This document shows, one piece after another, positions 9,726 to 19,474 of a stretch of 64,000 nt of DNA. How positions within the stretch are numbered: position 1 is the first letter of the stretch; every line of letters starts with the position of its first letter. The notes beneath the pieces are model-generated. The model was not told the DNA's origin. It worked only from the letters and a program-made list of their open reading frames with translations, and made no database searches. Origin of the DNA: Spirochaetia bacterium (GTDB lineage Bacteria; Spirochaetota; Spirochaetia; DSM-2461); contig CAXXIA010000001.1 in NCBI GenBank assembly GCA_963666985.2, forward strand, positions 1,376,001 to 1,440,000, read 5' to 3'. The position numbers and the translations under genes were made by a program.

Positions 9726-10834
9726 AACGATATTCCGCATTCCTGATATCCGCATTCTCCGTTCTCCTTCTTTTTTCCGGATGCAAAGCGCGGCAGCCGG
9801 TTCGCATCGGCCTTCTGGCCTCATTCTCGGGTCCCATGGCCAATATCGGAATCGACGCGAGAACGGCGGCACTCCTTGCTCTGGATGATTTTCAGCGGGA
9901 GAATGAAAAATTCACCATTGAAATCATCGAATACGATGACCAAGGATCCGAAGTTTTCGCGCGATTAGGTGCGAAGAAATTAATCGGCGACGGTGTGGCG
10001 GCCATCATCGGTCCTTTCACTTCACAGACGACAATCGCCGCCATGACCGAAACGGAAAAAGCGAAAGTTCTTCTTCTCTCACCCACGGCCGCGGATTCCA
10101 GTCTTCTCGGGAAAAACGATTATCTGATCCGCATGAACAGCACGGCAAAGGAGTACGGTTCCATCTATGCGGATCAAGTGGAAGGAACTGAAAAGAATAA
10201 ATCAATTACGATTCTCGCCGATTTTTCCAACAAGCACTACACTCAAGATTGGATCAGCGGATTTACGGACCGTATCCGGACCTTCCCCGGCGAACATCGG
10301 GTTGCCGTCATCGACTTTAATTCCCAGGCGGAAACATTCACTCCGGAAAACTTATCCGTACACGCCCTGAAATCAAAACCGGAGTCGATCATCGTTATTT
10401 CCGAAGCCTTTTCAACCGCCTTAATCCTTCAGCAGATACGGAAGCTCGATCAAAACGTGATTCTCTATTCCTCCGAGTGGGCCGTCGGTTCCCTGAACGA
10501 ACTCATCGCCCAAAGCGGCTCCTCCTTAGAGGGAGTCATCATGTTCTCCACACAATTCATTCCCGACAGCCGCAATCCCAAATATTTGGGATTCGTGGAA
10601 CGATATACCAAGCGATTCGGCTCAAAACCGAATCCCATGGTTGTTGTTACTTATGAAGCTTTTTCGATCGTTTTTCAAACACTGGCGGCGGGAATCGAGC
10701 CGGAGAATCTCGCCGGTGCCATCATTAACGGCGGACCCTATCAAGGAATCCAGCAAACGATTGAGTTCGACGAATTCGGTGATAGAATTACCCATCCGAA
10801 ATTTCAGGTTATCGGAGGAAATCCAATATTCTAA
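9722..10834 (+). CDS. branched-chain amino acid (LivJ/K-like) substrate-binding lipoprotein
   Basis: lipobox LLFSG-C, VRIGLLASFSG, YDDQG, AIIGPFTS, FDEFGD. Confidence 0.85.
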   Translation: MKRYSAFLISAFSVLLLFSGCKARQPVRIGLLASFSGPMANIGIDARTAALLALDDFQRENEKFTIEIIEYDDQGSEVFARLGAKKLIGDGVAAIIGPFTSQTTIAAMTETEKAKVLLLSPTAADSSLLGKNDYLIRMNSTAKEYGSIYADQVEGTEKNKSITILADFSNKHYTQDWISGFTDRIRTFPGEHRVAVIDFNSQAETFTPENLSVHALKSKPESIIVISEAFSTALILQQIRKLDQNVILYSSEWAVGSLNELIAQSGSSLEGVIMFSTQFIPDSRNPKYLGFVERYTKRFGSKPNPMVVVTYEAFSIVFQTLAAGIEPENLAGAIINGGPYQGIQQTIEFDEFGDRITHPKFQVIGGNPIF

Positions 10835-12786
10835 ACCGTCTTGCTCCTCAAAATTTCTTATCCCGGATTCTACTGATTATCATCATAACACTTCTGCTGA
10901 ACGCGTTTATCACGGGATCGATTATTTTTGCCACCCGATTCGCCGTTATCAGCCAAGAGAGCCTGGAGTATGTGCTCGGTACGGCCAAGGTATATGAAGA
11001 TCATGCCTATTCCTTTTTGATTTCAATCGCCGAGAAAATCGAACTCTATACGATAATGGCGGATCAAATCCCCGAAGAAAACGCTCTCTCGATTCTTAAA
11101 AAAATGACGTTCGAGAACCCCTTTCTTCAGGCCCTCTATATTCTGGATGAAGAAGGGCGTGTTCTTTCGGTTGAACAGAACTATGTTTCAAAATCCCGTC
11201 AGACGGAACTTTACGGAACGGATTTCTCCAGTCTGCCGATCATCAGAGAATCTCATGTTTCACCTCTGCCCGTTTGGAAAAACAATTTTACATCGCCCTT
11301 GGCAAGAGATTCATCTTTAGCCGTTGCTTCAACTTATAACAAAAGAACGATTCTTGCGGAAATATCTCAAAAGAAATTAATTGAGTGGATGATTGAAACA
11401 AAAGAGCAGCATGTGGGATGCAGAACGCTGATTCTTGACGATTCCGGCGCCCTTATACTCGACTCCGATAATCCTTATGCGTCGGTTTTGGTCAACAGCA
11501 GCACCATCCAGATATCGCGAACCGCCGCGGATGAGAATGCGATTTTTTCAAAACCCGTCACGATAGGAGGACAGCACTACTTTGTAGACGCCGTTCGCTC
11601 CGAAATGCTGGGCTGGACCTTTTTTTCCATGGAACCGGCCGATATGAGGAATCGCTCATTACGCACGATTCTCATCGATATCGGAGTTTTAACGGGAATA
11701 TCCCTTTTCGTTGTTTTCGTACTCCTTCTTTTCTTCTTAAGACGAATTTCCTCGGAGATTCTATCGCTCATCGGGAATGCCCGTGCCGTAACGAACGGGA
11801 ATCGAAGCGTTACCTGGACTAAAAACGGTATAGCCGAATTCGACGAGCTTGCCGGAGCTCTTCAAACAATGATGGAGATGGTCGTTATCCGGGAAAAAAG
11901 TCTCGAATCACTCAATGAAAAACTGGAAATCCGTGTTGAAGAGCGCACTTCCGCCTTACAGCAGAGAAACAATGAATTGGCTCAGACAATCGAAGAACTT
12001 CGGCAAACCAGAAATGAATTAACCCGGTCGGAAAACCTGGCTTCTTTGGGACGAATGGTTGCGGGCGTGGCGCATGAACTGAATACACCCCTTGGGAACG
12101 GCCTTCTGGTGCTCAATACAATTTCCGACAGTAACGAAGTTCTGGAAACCATGGTGAACGAAGGACTGACTAAACAATATCTGGAGAAACACATCGAAGA
12201 TACTCACACCGGTCTTCAGATCGCCTTACGAAATATTGAGAGGGCTGCCGATTTGGTTTCAAGCTTCAAGAAAGTGGCCGTCGATCAAGCGGGCAATCAA
12301 CGCCGCGTATTCCGGCTCGATGAAATGCTGGATAATCTTTTTATGACTCTTCAACCCACTTACAAACGTTCAAGGCATACCATCGATACCCGGTTTGAAG
12401 AAAACATTGAAATGGACAGCTTTCCGGGAGTTCTCGGGCAAATTATCGGGAACCTCGTTCAAAACGCTCTGCTTCATGCCTTTAAGGATAATGAATCCGG
12501 AACCATAACAATCAGCGCGGAAGCCGATGGAAAAGATGTCGTTATCATTGTCTGTGATTCGGGGCACGGGGTTCCGGGAAAAATCCGATCGAAAATTTTC
12601 GACCCGTTTTTTACAACGGACCACGAAGGCGGCGGCACGGGACTCGGTCTTCTTATTGCTCAAAACGGAGCTGAAAATGTTTTGGGCGGTTCGCTGATTT
12701 TACATAGCCCGAACGAGAAAGGCGGTGCGTCTTTCATTCTCAGGATTCCGATTATTGCTCCGCGGATTGATTTCTCCAACGATTAA
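10828..12786 (+). CDS. sensor histidine kinase (TM - Cache-like - TM - HAMP - HisKA - HATPase)
   Basis: [14 protein letters not shown]-box, [29 protein letters not shown]; first canonical start is GTG 10972, but TM1 lies upstream in frame, so start placed at ATT 10828 (uncertain). Confidence 0.85.
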   Translation: MLNRLAPQNFLSRILLIIIITLLLNAFITGSIIFATRFAVISQESLEYVLGTAKVYEDHAYSFLISIAEKIELYTIMADQIPEENALSILKKMTFENPFLQALYILDEEGRVLSVEQNYVSKSRQTELYGTDFSSLPIIRESHVSPLPVWKNNFTSPLARDSSLAVASTYNKRTILAEISQKKLIEWMIETKEQHVGCRTLILDDSGALILDSDNPYASVLVNSSTIQISRTAADENAIFSKPVTIGGQHYFVDAVRSEMLGWTFFSMEPADMRNRSLRTILIDIGVLTGISLFVVFVLLLFFLRRISSEILSLIGNARAVTNGNRSVTWTKNGIAEFDELAGALQTMMEMVVIREKSLESLNEKLEIRVEERTSALQQRNNELAQTIEELRQTRNELTRSENLASLGRMVAGVAHELNTPLGNGLLVLNTISDSNEVLETMVNEGLTKQYLEKHIEDTHTGLQIALRNIERAADLVSSFKKVAVDQAGNQRRVFRLDEMLDNLFMTLQPTYKRSRHTIDTRFEENIEMDSFPGVLGQIIGNLVQNALLHAFKDNESGTITISAEADGKDVVIIVCDSGHGVPGKIRSKIFDPFFTTDHEGGGTGLGLLIAQNGAENVLGGSLILHSPNEKGGASFILRIPIIAPRIDFSND

Positions 12787-13000
12787 CAACATTCAAATGA
12801 TCGGTGCGCGGGAATCTTTCTCCGGAAAAAACATTTCCGTTTAATCCGCTTAAAAAAGGCCCCCGAGGACACGCAACGCGTCTCCCCGGGGGAGGAGGAA
12901 AGATAAGGCGGGAAAACGGTAAAAAACCGCCTCCCTTATATAGAATACCTCTTATCTTCCCTTCCCGCAAGAATATTGCGATCGTATAATCGTATCCCAA

Positions 13001-13732
13001 ATGAATCTTATCCTCTTTGAAGAAGAAGAATTGACTCAAGAACTCGGCTGCTCCGACGAAAGGACCGTTCATCTGGAACGGATTCTTAATCTGCATGAAG
13101 GAGATTCGTTCTCAGCCGGAATTATCGGCGGAAAGATTGGCGAGGCTCGATTAATCAGCCGGGGTGCCTCGGGATGGAAGTGGTCTTTTCTTCCGAAATT
13201 CGACAGCCCTTCGCTCCATCCTTTAACCCTTATTCTGGGCTGTCCCCGTCCTCCCGTGGCCCGCCGGCTGCTTAAAGATATGACGTCCCTGGGCTTGAAG
13301 GAAATCCGGGCCTGCTCAACGGATCTTAATGAGAAATCATACCTGACGGCGAAATTGTGGCGCGACGGTCTGTGGAGAGACGCTCTTATCGAAGGCGCCA
13401 TGCAGGGTGCCGCCACGCATCTTCCGGCCATCGGAACATCAGACGGCCTTAAACGGGCATTGGAGAATCTTCCGGTCGGTCCGGAATGCCTCCGCATGGC
13501 TTTGGACAACGGTCCCGATTCGCGGAACCTTTCTCTTGAAAAGGGCGATTGGTCCGAGGCGATTCTGGCCGTGGGACCCGAGCGCGGCTGGAGCGATGGA
13601 GAACGGGAGATTCTGAAAACCGCAGGGTTTGCCCTAACGGCCCTAGGAAAGAGGATTATGCGTACGGAAACCGCCTGCGCCGTCGGAGCCGGTCTTCTCC
13701 TCGCATCATTAGGCGTTTTTCATAACGGATAA
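13001..13732 (+). CDS. rsmE: 16S rRNA (uracil1498-N3)-methyltransferase
   Basis: HLERIL, AVGPERGWS, LGKRIMRTETA SPOUT motifs. Confidence 0.88.
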   Translation: MNLILFEEEELTQELGCSDERTVHLERILNLHEGDSFSAGIIGGKIGEARLISRGASGWKWSFLPKFDSPSLHPLTLILGCPRPPVARRLLKDMTSLGLKEIRACSTDLNEKSYLTAKLWRDGLWRDALIEGAMQGAATHLPAIGTSDGLKRALENLPVGPECLRMALDNGPDSRNLSLEKGDWSEAILAVGPERGWSDGEREILKTAGFALTALGKRIMRTETACAVGAGLLLASLGVFHNG

Positions 13733-13803
13733 TCCGGCGGCCGGGAAGAAATGCCCTCGCTTCCCTCTCGCTATTTGGCGAGCAATCGGGTTATTGTGTT
13801 TTC

Positions 13804-14805
13804 ATGAATCACAATGTTGCGATTTTTTGGGACGTTGAAAACGTCAAGCCGTCCAGCTCCAAGAATCTCTTTATCCAAGGCCTCTGGGATTACGCCGAAA
13901 ATCTCGGCCGCGTGGTGAGTGCCTATGCGTACGCGGATTGGAGCCAGCCGGGCTATAAAACACTGGGGCCGGCCCTGGCCTCCCTACATTTCAATATGAT
14001 CCATGTTCCCTTCCGGGGACGTCGGCGCGATAAGAACAGCGCGGATATGCATCTGACCAACGACTGTCTCGATCTGCTCCGCTTCCAGGATCATATCGAT
14101 ATTTATGTTCTTCTTACCGGCGACAGCGATTTCAGACCGCTTGTTATGAATCTCCGGAAAGCCGGTAAAGTCACCCACATCGTCTGCGACATAAAAAATG
14201 CCAGCAACGATCTCCTCCGTCTTGCCGACAGTTTCACCGATTACAGGGATATGTTTCCATCCGAAGACGATGACTCGCAGGAAGATGAGAGCATCAGAAA
14301 AGACAACACGACTTCGTATTCAAAGGAATACTGGTTCGAACGTCTGGCGGAAACGGCCTCCATTCTACGCAAGGAAGAAAAGGGGACCGATCCGGGTAAC
14401 GTGAAGATTACCATGAAGAAGCTCAATCAAGGTTTCGATGAGAAGGCCCTTGGGTATAAAAGGTGGGGCGATTTCATCGCCGGAGCTTCCAAAGCGGGCT
14501 ATGTCGGTGTGGAATCGGATGAAAAGCAGTCCGAAATAATTCCGGGCCGACAATTCAGTCAGGAAAAAGGTTCGCTGCAGATCGCCCTGCGGACGCTTGT
14601 GGAAACACTGAAAGAAATGGATGGGAAATCTCCGGAACCGCAGTTTCACCGCTACGGCGTTGTCAGTTCGAAACTGAGGGATAAAAACATCAATACGAAG
14701 GCTCTGGGATTCAGTCAGTTTAAGAAATTCATTTCCTCTGCCGAGGCACGCGGCCTCGTGGAAACTCAAGTGGAGAAACTGACAAGCTTCGTAAAGCGTT
14801 TGTAA
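13804..14805 (+). CDS. NYN (LabA/DUF88) ribonuclease-domain protein with two LOTUS/OST-HTH domains
   Basis: FWDVEN, KNSAD, TGDSDF; C-terminal FDEKALGYKRWGDFI and NTKALGFSQFKKFI. Confidence 0.85.
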   Translation: MNHNVAIFWDVENVKPSSSKNLFIQGLWDYAENLGRVVSAYAYADWSQPGYKTLGPALASLHFNMIHVPFRGRRRDKNSADMHLTNDCLDLLRFQDHIDIYVLLTGDSDFRPLVMNLRKAGKVTHIVCDIKNASNDLLRLADSFTDYRDMFPSEDDDSQEDESIRKDNTTSYSKEYWFERLAETASILRKEEKGTDPGNVKITMKKLNQGFDEKALGYKRWGDFIAGASKAGYVGVESDEKQSEIIPGRQFSQEKGSLQIALRTLVETLKEMDGKSPEPQFHRYGVVSSKLRDKNINTKALGFSQFKKFISSAEARGLVETQVEKLTSFVKRL

Positions 14806-14845
14806 CCGGGATGAAAACGGAGACGGTGAACCTGCCGATTCTTAT

Positions 14846-16621
14846 TCAATAAGAACCGGCCGAAGCCTCGGCCGCGTAAACCAATGTCGGCGACAGTATG
14901 GGAATGCCTTCCTTGGCATCTTTTAAGGAACGGCCCCAGGGGCCCACGGGATCGGCAGGAACGAGTTCTTCCGAGTTCCAGGGTTCTTCCGAAACAAGAT
15001 CGTCGACTAAAAGAGCGGCGCGGCGTCCCCGATGATGAATTTCCAGGAAATACGGCATAACGGTTCCGGGCGGACGCAGTCCCATGGGACCGATGATGGG
15101 GATAAGTCCGCCCCCAATATCATAAGCCTGTCCGGATGCGGCCACCCTCGCCGGATCCATTACGCCTCGCCGGCGCACCGAATACGCCGGGATGGCCCAT
15201 GTTCCGCCGTCCGATACGAAAAGAAGATAGGGCCGCCGCATGTGTTTCTCCGGCAGACTCCATCTGACGGTCAGCCCGCGTCCCGGTCTGTTTTCAATCT
15301 CCAAGTCGCTTCCGAACTCACTGTCGGTAATTCTCCGAACCATTTCCAAACCCAATCCCCGGCCGCCGTCCAAATCCGATTCCTCGAGAGTGGAAAATCC
15401 CGGTGAACACAAAAGATTAAGCAGTTCTTCGCCATCACGCTCAAAGGCCGTACCCTCACGCACGGCTTTTTCCAAAACCGCCTCTTCATCGATGCCCCTG
15501 CCGTCATCCTCAAAAGAAAATCGATACGCCGATCCGGAACGTTCGACATCCAAGCGCAGGATTCCCGTTTCTTCTTTTCCCGCGGCGGTCCTCTCCTCGG
15601 GATTCTCAATACCATGCCGAAGTGAATTGCGAACAAGCTGTTTGAGAATTTCTCCCAGCGTTTCAAGGGTGGAGGCATCCAAACCCGCCGAAGCGACGCT
15701 CCACTCGAATTTCGCTTTGATACCGCGGCGTTCGGCCAAACGCTCCACGGCCTCGGCCACTTCCGTCATGAGAGGTTCCAGAGGCCTATAAGCCAGAGAT
15801 TCCAATTGTTTTTGAAGTTCCAAAGATAAAGCGGCTTCCGGTGTTCCGGGCTTTCGCTCCAACCGCCACGCCAACTCTTCGGCAAGCTGCATCGTTTCGC
15901 CGTAACGCGACCGATCCACGATGAGGGAGGTATCCTCTTCATTCTTTCTTCCGACTGAAATCCCCAGCGGGACTTCGGAGGATTCAAGAGCATCCTCATA
16001 TTCGAGTCTTATCAGCTCAAGAACATCAACCTGGTCGACATTGGTCGCTTTAAAAACCTCATGCTCGGGGAGTTCGGTCGTCAGCCAAAAAACCGGCCGG
16101 GAGAAATCCGCTTCCGGATTATCCATGGGAGGATCGGCCTTTACCAAAGTCATGACCGTTTCGATTCGCGACGAAATCAGATAGGCTCTCGAATACGGCA
16201 AAGGCTCGGACGGATCGATTCTGCACGTCAGTCTGTAAAAGACCTCGCCCCTGGTACGGGAGTCCTCCAGGACACGCCGATCCAAATCGGTGAACCTGAC
16301 GGCTCTTCCGACACCCCCGCCGGCGGTGAATTGTTTCTTGGAACCCGTAACGGCCGAATCGATTAACTTTTTGAGCGTTTCGGCGGCGGCATTCCAATCA
16401 ACAGCCTCTCCGTCGCTCTTTGACAAAACACCTTCAAGCGCATGAGCCTCAAGCTCGACATCACTCCATCCGAGAAAAGAGGCTCCCGATTTTAAGGAAT
16501 GGAGCGATCGCGCGACATCGGCCCATCCGCCTTCATACCGGGATTGAAGATTTCCCGTTCTCATGGCGGAGAGGAGTTCCGCGGAGTCTTTGAGGAACGA
16601 TTCTATGAATTCAGAGGCCAT
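14846..16621 (-). CDS. cheA: atypical CheA-like histidine kinase (Hpt, P2-like, short P3, HATPase, divergent CheW-like)
   Basis: RSLHSLKSGA Hpt, LVRNSLRHGIE, EDDGRGID, PGFST, GGRGLGL. Confidence 0.75.
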   Translation of the reverse strand: MASEFIESFLKDSAELLSAMRTGNLQSRYEGGWADVARSLHSLKSGASFLGWSDVELEAHALEGVLSKSDGEAVDWNAAAETLKKLIDSAVTGSKKQFTAGGGVGRAVRFTDLDRRVLEDSRTRGEVFYRLTCRIDPSEPLPYSRAYLISSRIETVMTLVKADPPMDNPEADFSRPVFWLTTELPEHEVFKATNVDQVDVLELIRLEYEDALESSEVPLGISVGRKNEEDTSLIVDRSRYGETMQLAEELAWRLERKPGTPEAALSLELQKQLESLAYRPLEPLMTEVAEAVERLAERRGIKAKFEWSVASAGLDASTLETLGEILKQLVRNSLRHGIENPEERTAAGKEETGILRLDVERSGSAYRFSFEDDGRGIDEEAVLEKAVREGTAFERDGEELLNLLCSPGFSTLEESDLDGGRGLGLEMVRRITDSEFGSDLEIENRPGRGLTVRWSLPEKHMRRPYLLFVSDGGTWAIPAYSVRRRGVMDPARVAASGQAYDIGGGLIPIIGPMGLRPPGTVMPYFLEIHHRGRRAALLVDDLVSEEPWNSEELVPADPVGPWGRSLKDAKEGIPILSPTLVYAAEASAGSY

Positions 16622-16628
16622 CGGCGTA

Positions 16629-17168
16629 TCAGCGTCTCCTATCGTGCAGTGAAATAATCAGTTCAACCTCTCCTCGGCTCATCCCGAGGTTCGCGGCGAT
16701 GGCATCCGATGTTTCACCTCTTCGGTGAAGCACCAGCGTCTTGTCTTTTACGGAAAGAGAATCGAAATCAATGGAATTGACGATATCCGACTCGGCTTTT
16801 TCGGCGTCCTCGTGAAGTTCATGTTCCGGCTCATCCAAAGTGAGGCTTATGGGGCGGCTTCTTGCCAAAGACGCGTACGTTTTCCCTGCCTTTTCAATGG
16901 CCTCCGTTTCGCTTCTTAAAACGGATGCGGTTTTCGAACTCTTCTCCAAAAGTTCCGATAGCTGCCCTATACGGCTCTCCAGCAGCGCGACATTTCGTTC
17001 CGTTGTCGCATTCATTTCGGTTATCAGTCCCGAAACTTCGGAACGGAAGCGTCCGAGAATCGCATCCGTTTTGAGTTCATCGCGCATTCTTGTGCGGAGT
17101 ATTCGAAAATAAACGGTACATGCAATAAGAGATACCGCAAGTGAAATGCCTATATAAATGAAAACCAT
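16629..17168 (-). CDS. hypothetical protein: N-terminal TM, coiled coil, C-terminal HTH-like (DUF2802/SwrB-like)
   Basis: IAANLGMSRGEVELII C-terminus; position at the end of the fla operon. Confidence 0.7.
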   Translation of the reverse strand: MVFIYIGISLAVSLIACTVYFRILRTRMRDELKTDAILGRFRSEVSGLITEMNATTERNVALLESRIGQLSELLEKSSKTASVLRSETEAIEKAGKTYASLARSRPISLTLDEPEHELHEDAEKAESDIVNSIDFDSLSVKDKTLVLHRRGETSDAIAANLGMSRGEVELIISLHDRRR

Positions 17169-17172
17169 GAGC

Positions 17173-17499
17173 TCAACCGGTTAAATCCACATGACGTCCG
17201 ATATCCGGATCGGTAACGACTTCCCTTCCGCTGGAATCTTCGGAAGAGGCATCGTCGCTTCGGCGTTCTCTCTTTCGAGATTCCTTCTCTCTCTCGGACT
17301 GATCATCCTTAACCGCTTGTGTTTCATCATCCTGCGGCGTTTGAGTAACACGATGGTCCTTTTCAATCTCCTTGGCAACTTGAGTTTTAGCGGCCTGGTC
17401 CTGCTGCAGAGACGCATGTTCTTTGGCAAGTGCCTGTTCCTTGCTGACTTCATCCATTTTTACGAAAAGCGTCTGAAGGTCGATCGGCTTAATACTCAA
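17173..17499 (-). CDS. conserved hypothetical protein downstream of fapA
   Basis: MSIKPIDLQ...GRHVDL; TTG start using the AGGAGG at the end of fapA. Confidence 0.75.
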   Translation of the reverse strand: MSIKPIDLQTLFVKMDEVSKEQALAKEHASLQQDQAAKTQVAKEIEKDHRVTQTPQDDETQAVKDDQSEREKESRKRERRSDDASSEDSSGREVVTDPDIGRHVDLTG

Positions 17500-17504
17500 A
17501 AAGG

Positions 17505-19472
17505 CTACCTCCTGGTGAGGTCTTCTTCGATATCCTGGTATTTTACTGTTCGGATATATTCGTCTTCCAAGATAAATGTAACCGCGCTTTCATACGCGTC
17601 TTTAACGACATATTCAACATCGCGTATCCTTAAAATCGTTCCGACCAAAACTTTCTTTTGAGCGGAGATTTTACCGTGCATCAATAAGGAATCGAGATAT
17701 TCCTGTTTCTTACCGATTTCTTCTTCAACCGCGGTAAGTTTTTTATGAAGCTCGTTGTGCTGAATCCTGAGTTCCTCGAAAAGCAGTTCCTTTTCCTTGG
17801 AAAGACGCTTCTTCTGCATCCGAACCTGCCGCTTCAAACCTTGAAGATTCTTATCGACCGTATCCCGTTCCTTTTCGATCGCGGAACGCTGTTCTTCCAG
17901 CTCTTCAATCTCTTCTTTGGCCTTCGGATCGAATCCGACTTCGATCAATGTCTCCGAACCGCCGGGCGAACCGATGGTAACGGCATTCACTTCTTCCGAA
18001 GCGCGAACATGGCCGCCGACGATTTTTGCCCTTTTTCCCTTGCAGAGCACCTTTTTAAGGGCCACGACATCCGAGTTGACGATACCCGCACTGACTATGA
18101 TGAATTCACCTGCTTCGGCTTGAGCATTCTGGATGAATGAAGACCAGATGGATTTCCCGGCGGTGATATGCCCGAACTCATCCCCTTCTCCGCCGTTGAT
18201 GCCTCGGGATACGACAATATCGCCGCCGGCGTTCAAATTGGCTTTGCCGACGTAACCGGCAACGTCGATTTTCCCTTGAGCCGTTACCGAATAGCCGTCC
18301 TCAACATTACCCTTAATCTCTACCGATCCGAGAGCGTTGACGTTTCCCGTCCGGCCGTCCACATTCCCGGGAATTACAAGAACGGTTTCCACGGTTATTT
18401 TGCCGTTCTTCAGCATGACATGACCGCTGGCGGTAGCGACAACGGTAGAACCGTTGTCCGTGATGGTGACATTCTTGCCAAGGCCGATTTCCATATCCGC
18501 GCCGTCTTTTGCGGGGATATAGCGTCCGTACACCGTTCGCCCGTCTTTTCCCGGTTCCGGCGAGACTTTCCTGGCCAGCGGCTGGCCTTTCACCACGTTC
18601 TGAAATTTGTTCAGTTCTTTGAAATCGACGCTTCCGTCTTCACGTTCCTGGATGTGGATTTTATCCGGATCGGTTTCAAAATTATAAATAATTTTCGCTT
18701 CGGCGCCGTTAATCGGTTCGCTTCCTTCGGCAACAAGAAACGGAGTATCGAATACAGGAAAGTCCTCATACTCCTGAAGCGCATCCTTTAAGATTCCGTA
18801 AACGATGCTGTTGTTGCTTAAAAATCCCCGAATGTCGTCGGCGCTCATATCCGCGCCGCCTTCTCCCGGTTCCATAACCTTGATATAGGCTTTCATGTTC
18901 TCATCGGTAACTTCCAGAGAACAGAGGGCGTCGTTTGCGGGATTGTACGTAAATTCGCCGACCTTAACCCACATTTCATCAGCCTGCTGAGCCAATATAT
19001 CAATCATATCCCGGTCTATATCGGTAATGCCTCTATCATAGAGTCTGCCGGCGATATCTTCGGCGGTAATCGGAACACCCTGCCCTTTGGCCGGAAAGAC
19101 TTTCGCCCAAGCTCCATCGGAAGCCAACCGAACCGAAAAACGACCGTTGACATCCGTATTTACGGGAACTTCTTCCTGCATATAGGATTTCAGATCGAGT
19201 TCTTCTTCCAGAGAACGTTCCTCGGAAACGCTCGGCCCCTTAACCGTTTCATACGCGATGATGCGCCAGGGAGATCCTTTAATTCCCAAAACTCCGGAGC
19301 GCCCTTTGTCGAGGATTTCATATTCAAGACTTCGAAGAGGAAGCGACAATTCAATCGATGCCTGATGCAGAGCGTCATCCAGGTTTTTCCCGCTGACCTG
19401 GACGGTTTTAACCTTCTTGGTCTTCTCATACTCGGCCTTCATCTTTTCGCGAAAACCGTCAAGACCGATCAT
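17505..19472 (-). CDS. fapA: FapA (DUF342) family protein with N-terminal Jag_N-like domain
   Basis: GKNLDDALHQASIEL...YEILDKGRSGVLGI (Jag_N-like); VDFKEL, GKDGRTVYG, TGNVNALGSVEIKGNV. Confidence 0.85.
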   Translation of the reverse strand: MIGLDGFREKMKAEYEKTKKVKTVQVSGKNLDDALHQASIELSLPLRSLEYEILDKGRSGVLGIKGSPWRIIAYETVKGPSVSEERSLEEELDLKSYMQEEVPVNTDVNGRFSVRLASDGAWAKVFPAKGQGVPITAEDIAGRLYDRGITDIDRDMIDILAQQADEMWVKVGEFTYNPANDALCSLEVTDENMKAYIKVMEPGEGGADMSADDIRGFLSNNSIVYGILKDALQEYEDFPVFDTPFLVAEGSEPINGAEAKIIYNFETDPDKIHIQEREDGSVDFKELNKFQNVVKGQPLARKVSPEPGKDGRTVYGRYIPAKDGADMEIGLGKNVTITDNGSTVVATASGHVMLKNGKITVETVLVIPGNVDGRTGNVNALGSVEIKGNVEDGYSVTAQGKIDVAGYVGKANLNAGGDIVVSRGINGGEGDEFGHITAGKSIWSSFIQNAQAEAGEFIIVSAGIVNSDVVALKKVLCKGKRAKIVGGHVRASEEVNAVTIGSPGGSETLIEVGFDPKAKEEIEELEEQRSAIEKERDTVDKNLQGLKRQVRMQKKRLSKEKELLFEELRIQHNELHKKLTAVEEEIGKKQEYLDSLLMHGKISAQKKVLVGTILRIRDVEYVVKDAYESAVTFILEDEYIRTVKYQDIEEDLTRR

Positions 19473-19474
19473 CG

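Noticed and set aside
12790..12960. Weak hairpins and small ORFs (12804-12989, 12752-13096) between the kinase and rsmE
   Set aside because: Stems are imperfect, no RNA family is recognisable, and the ORFs lack an SD and protein-like composition.
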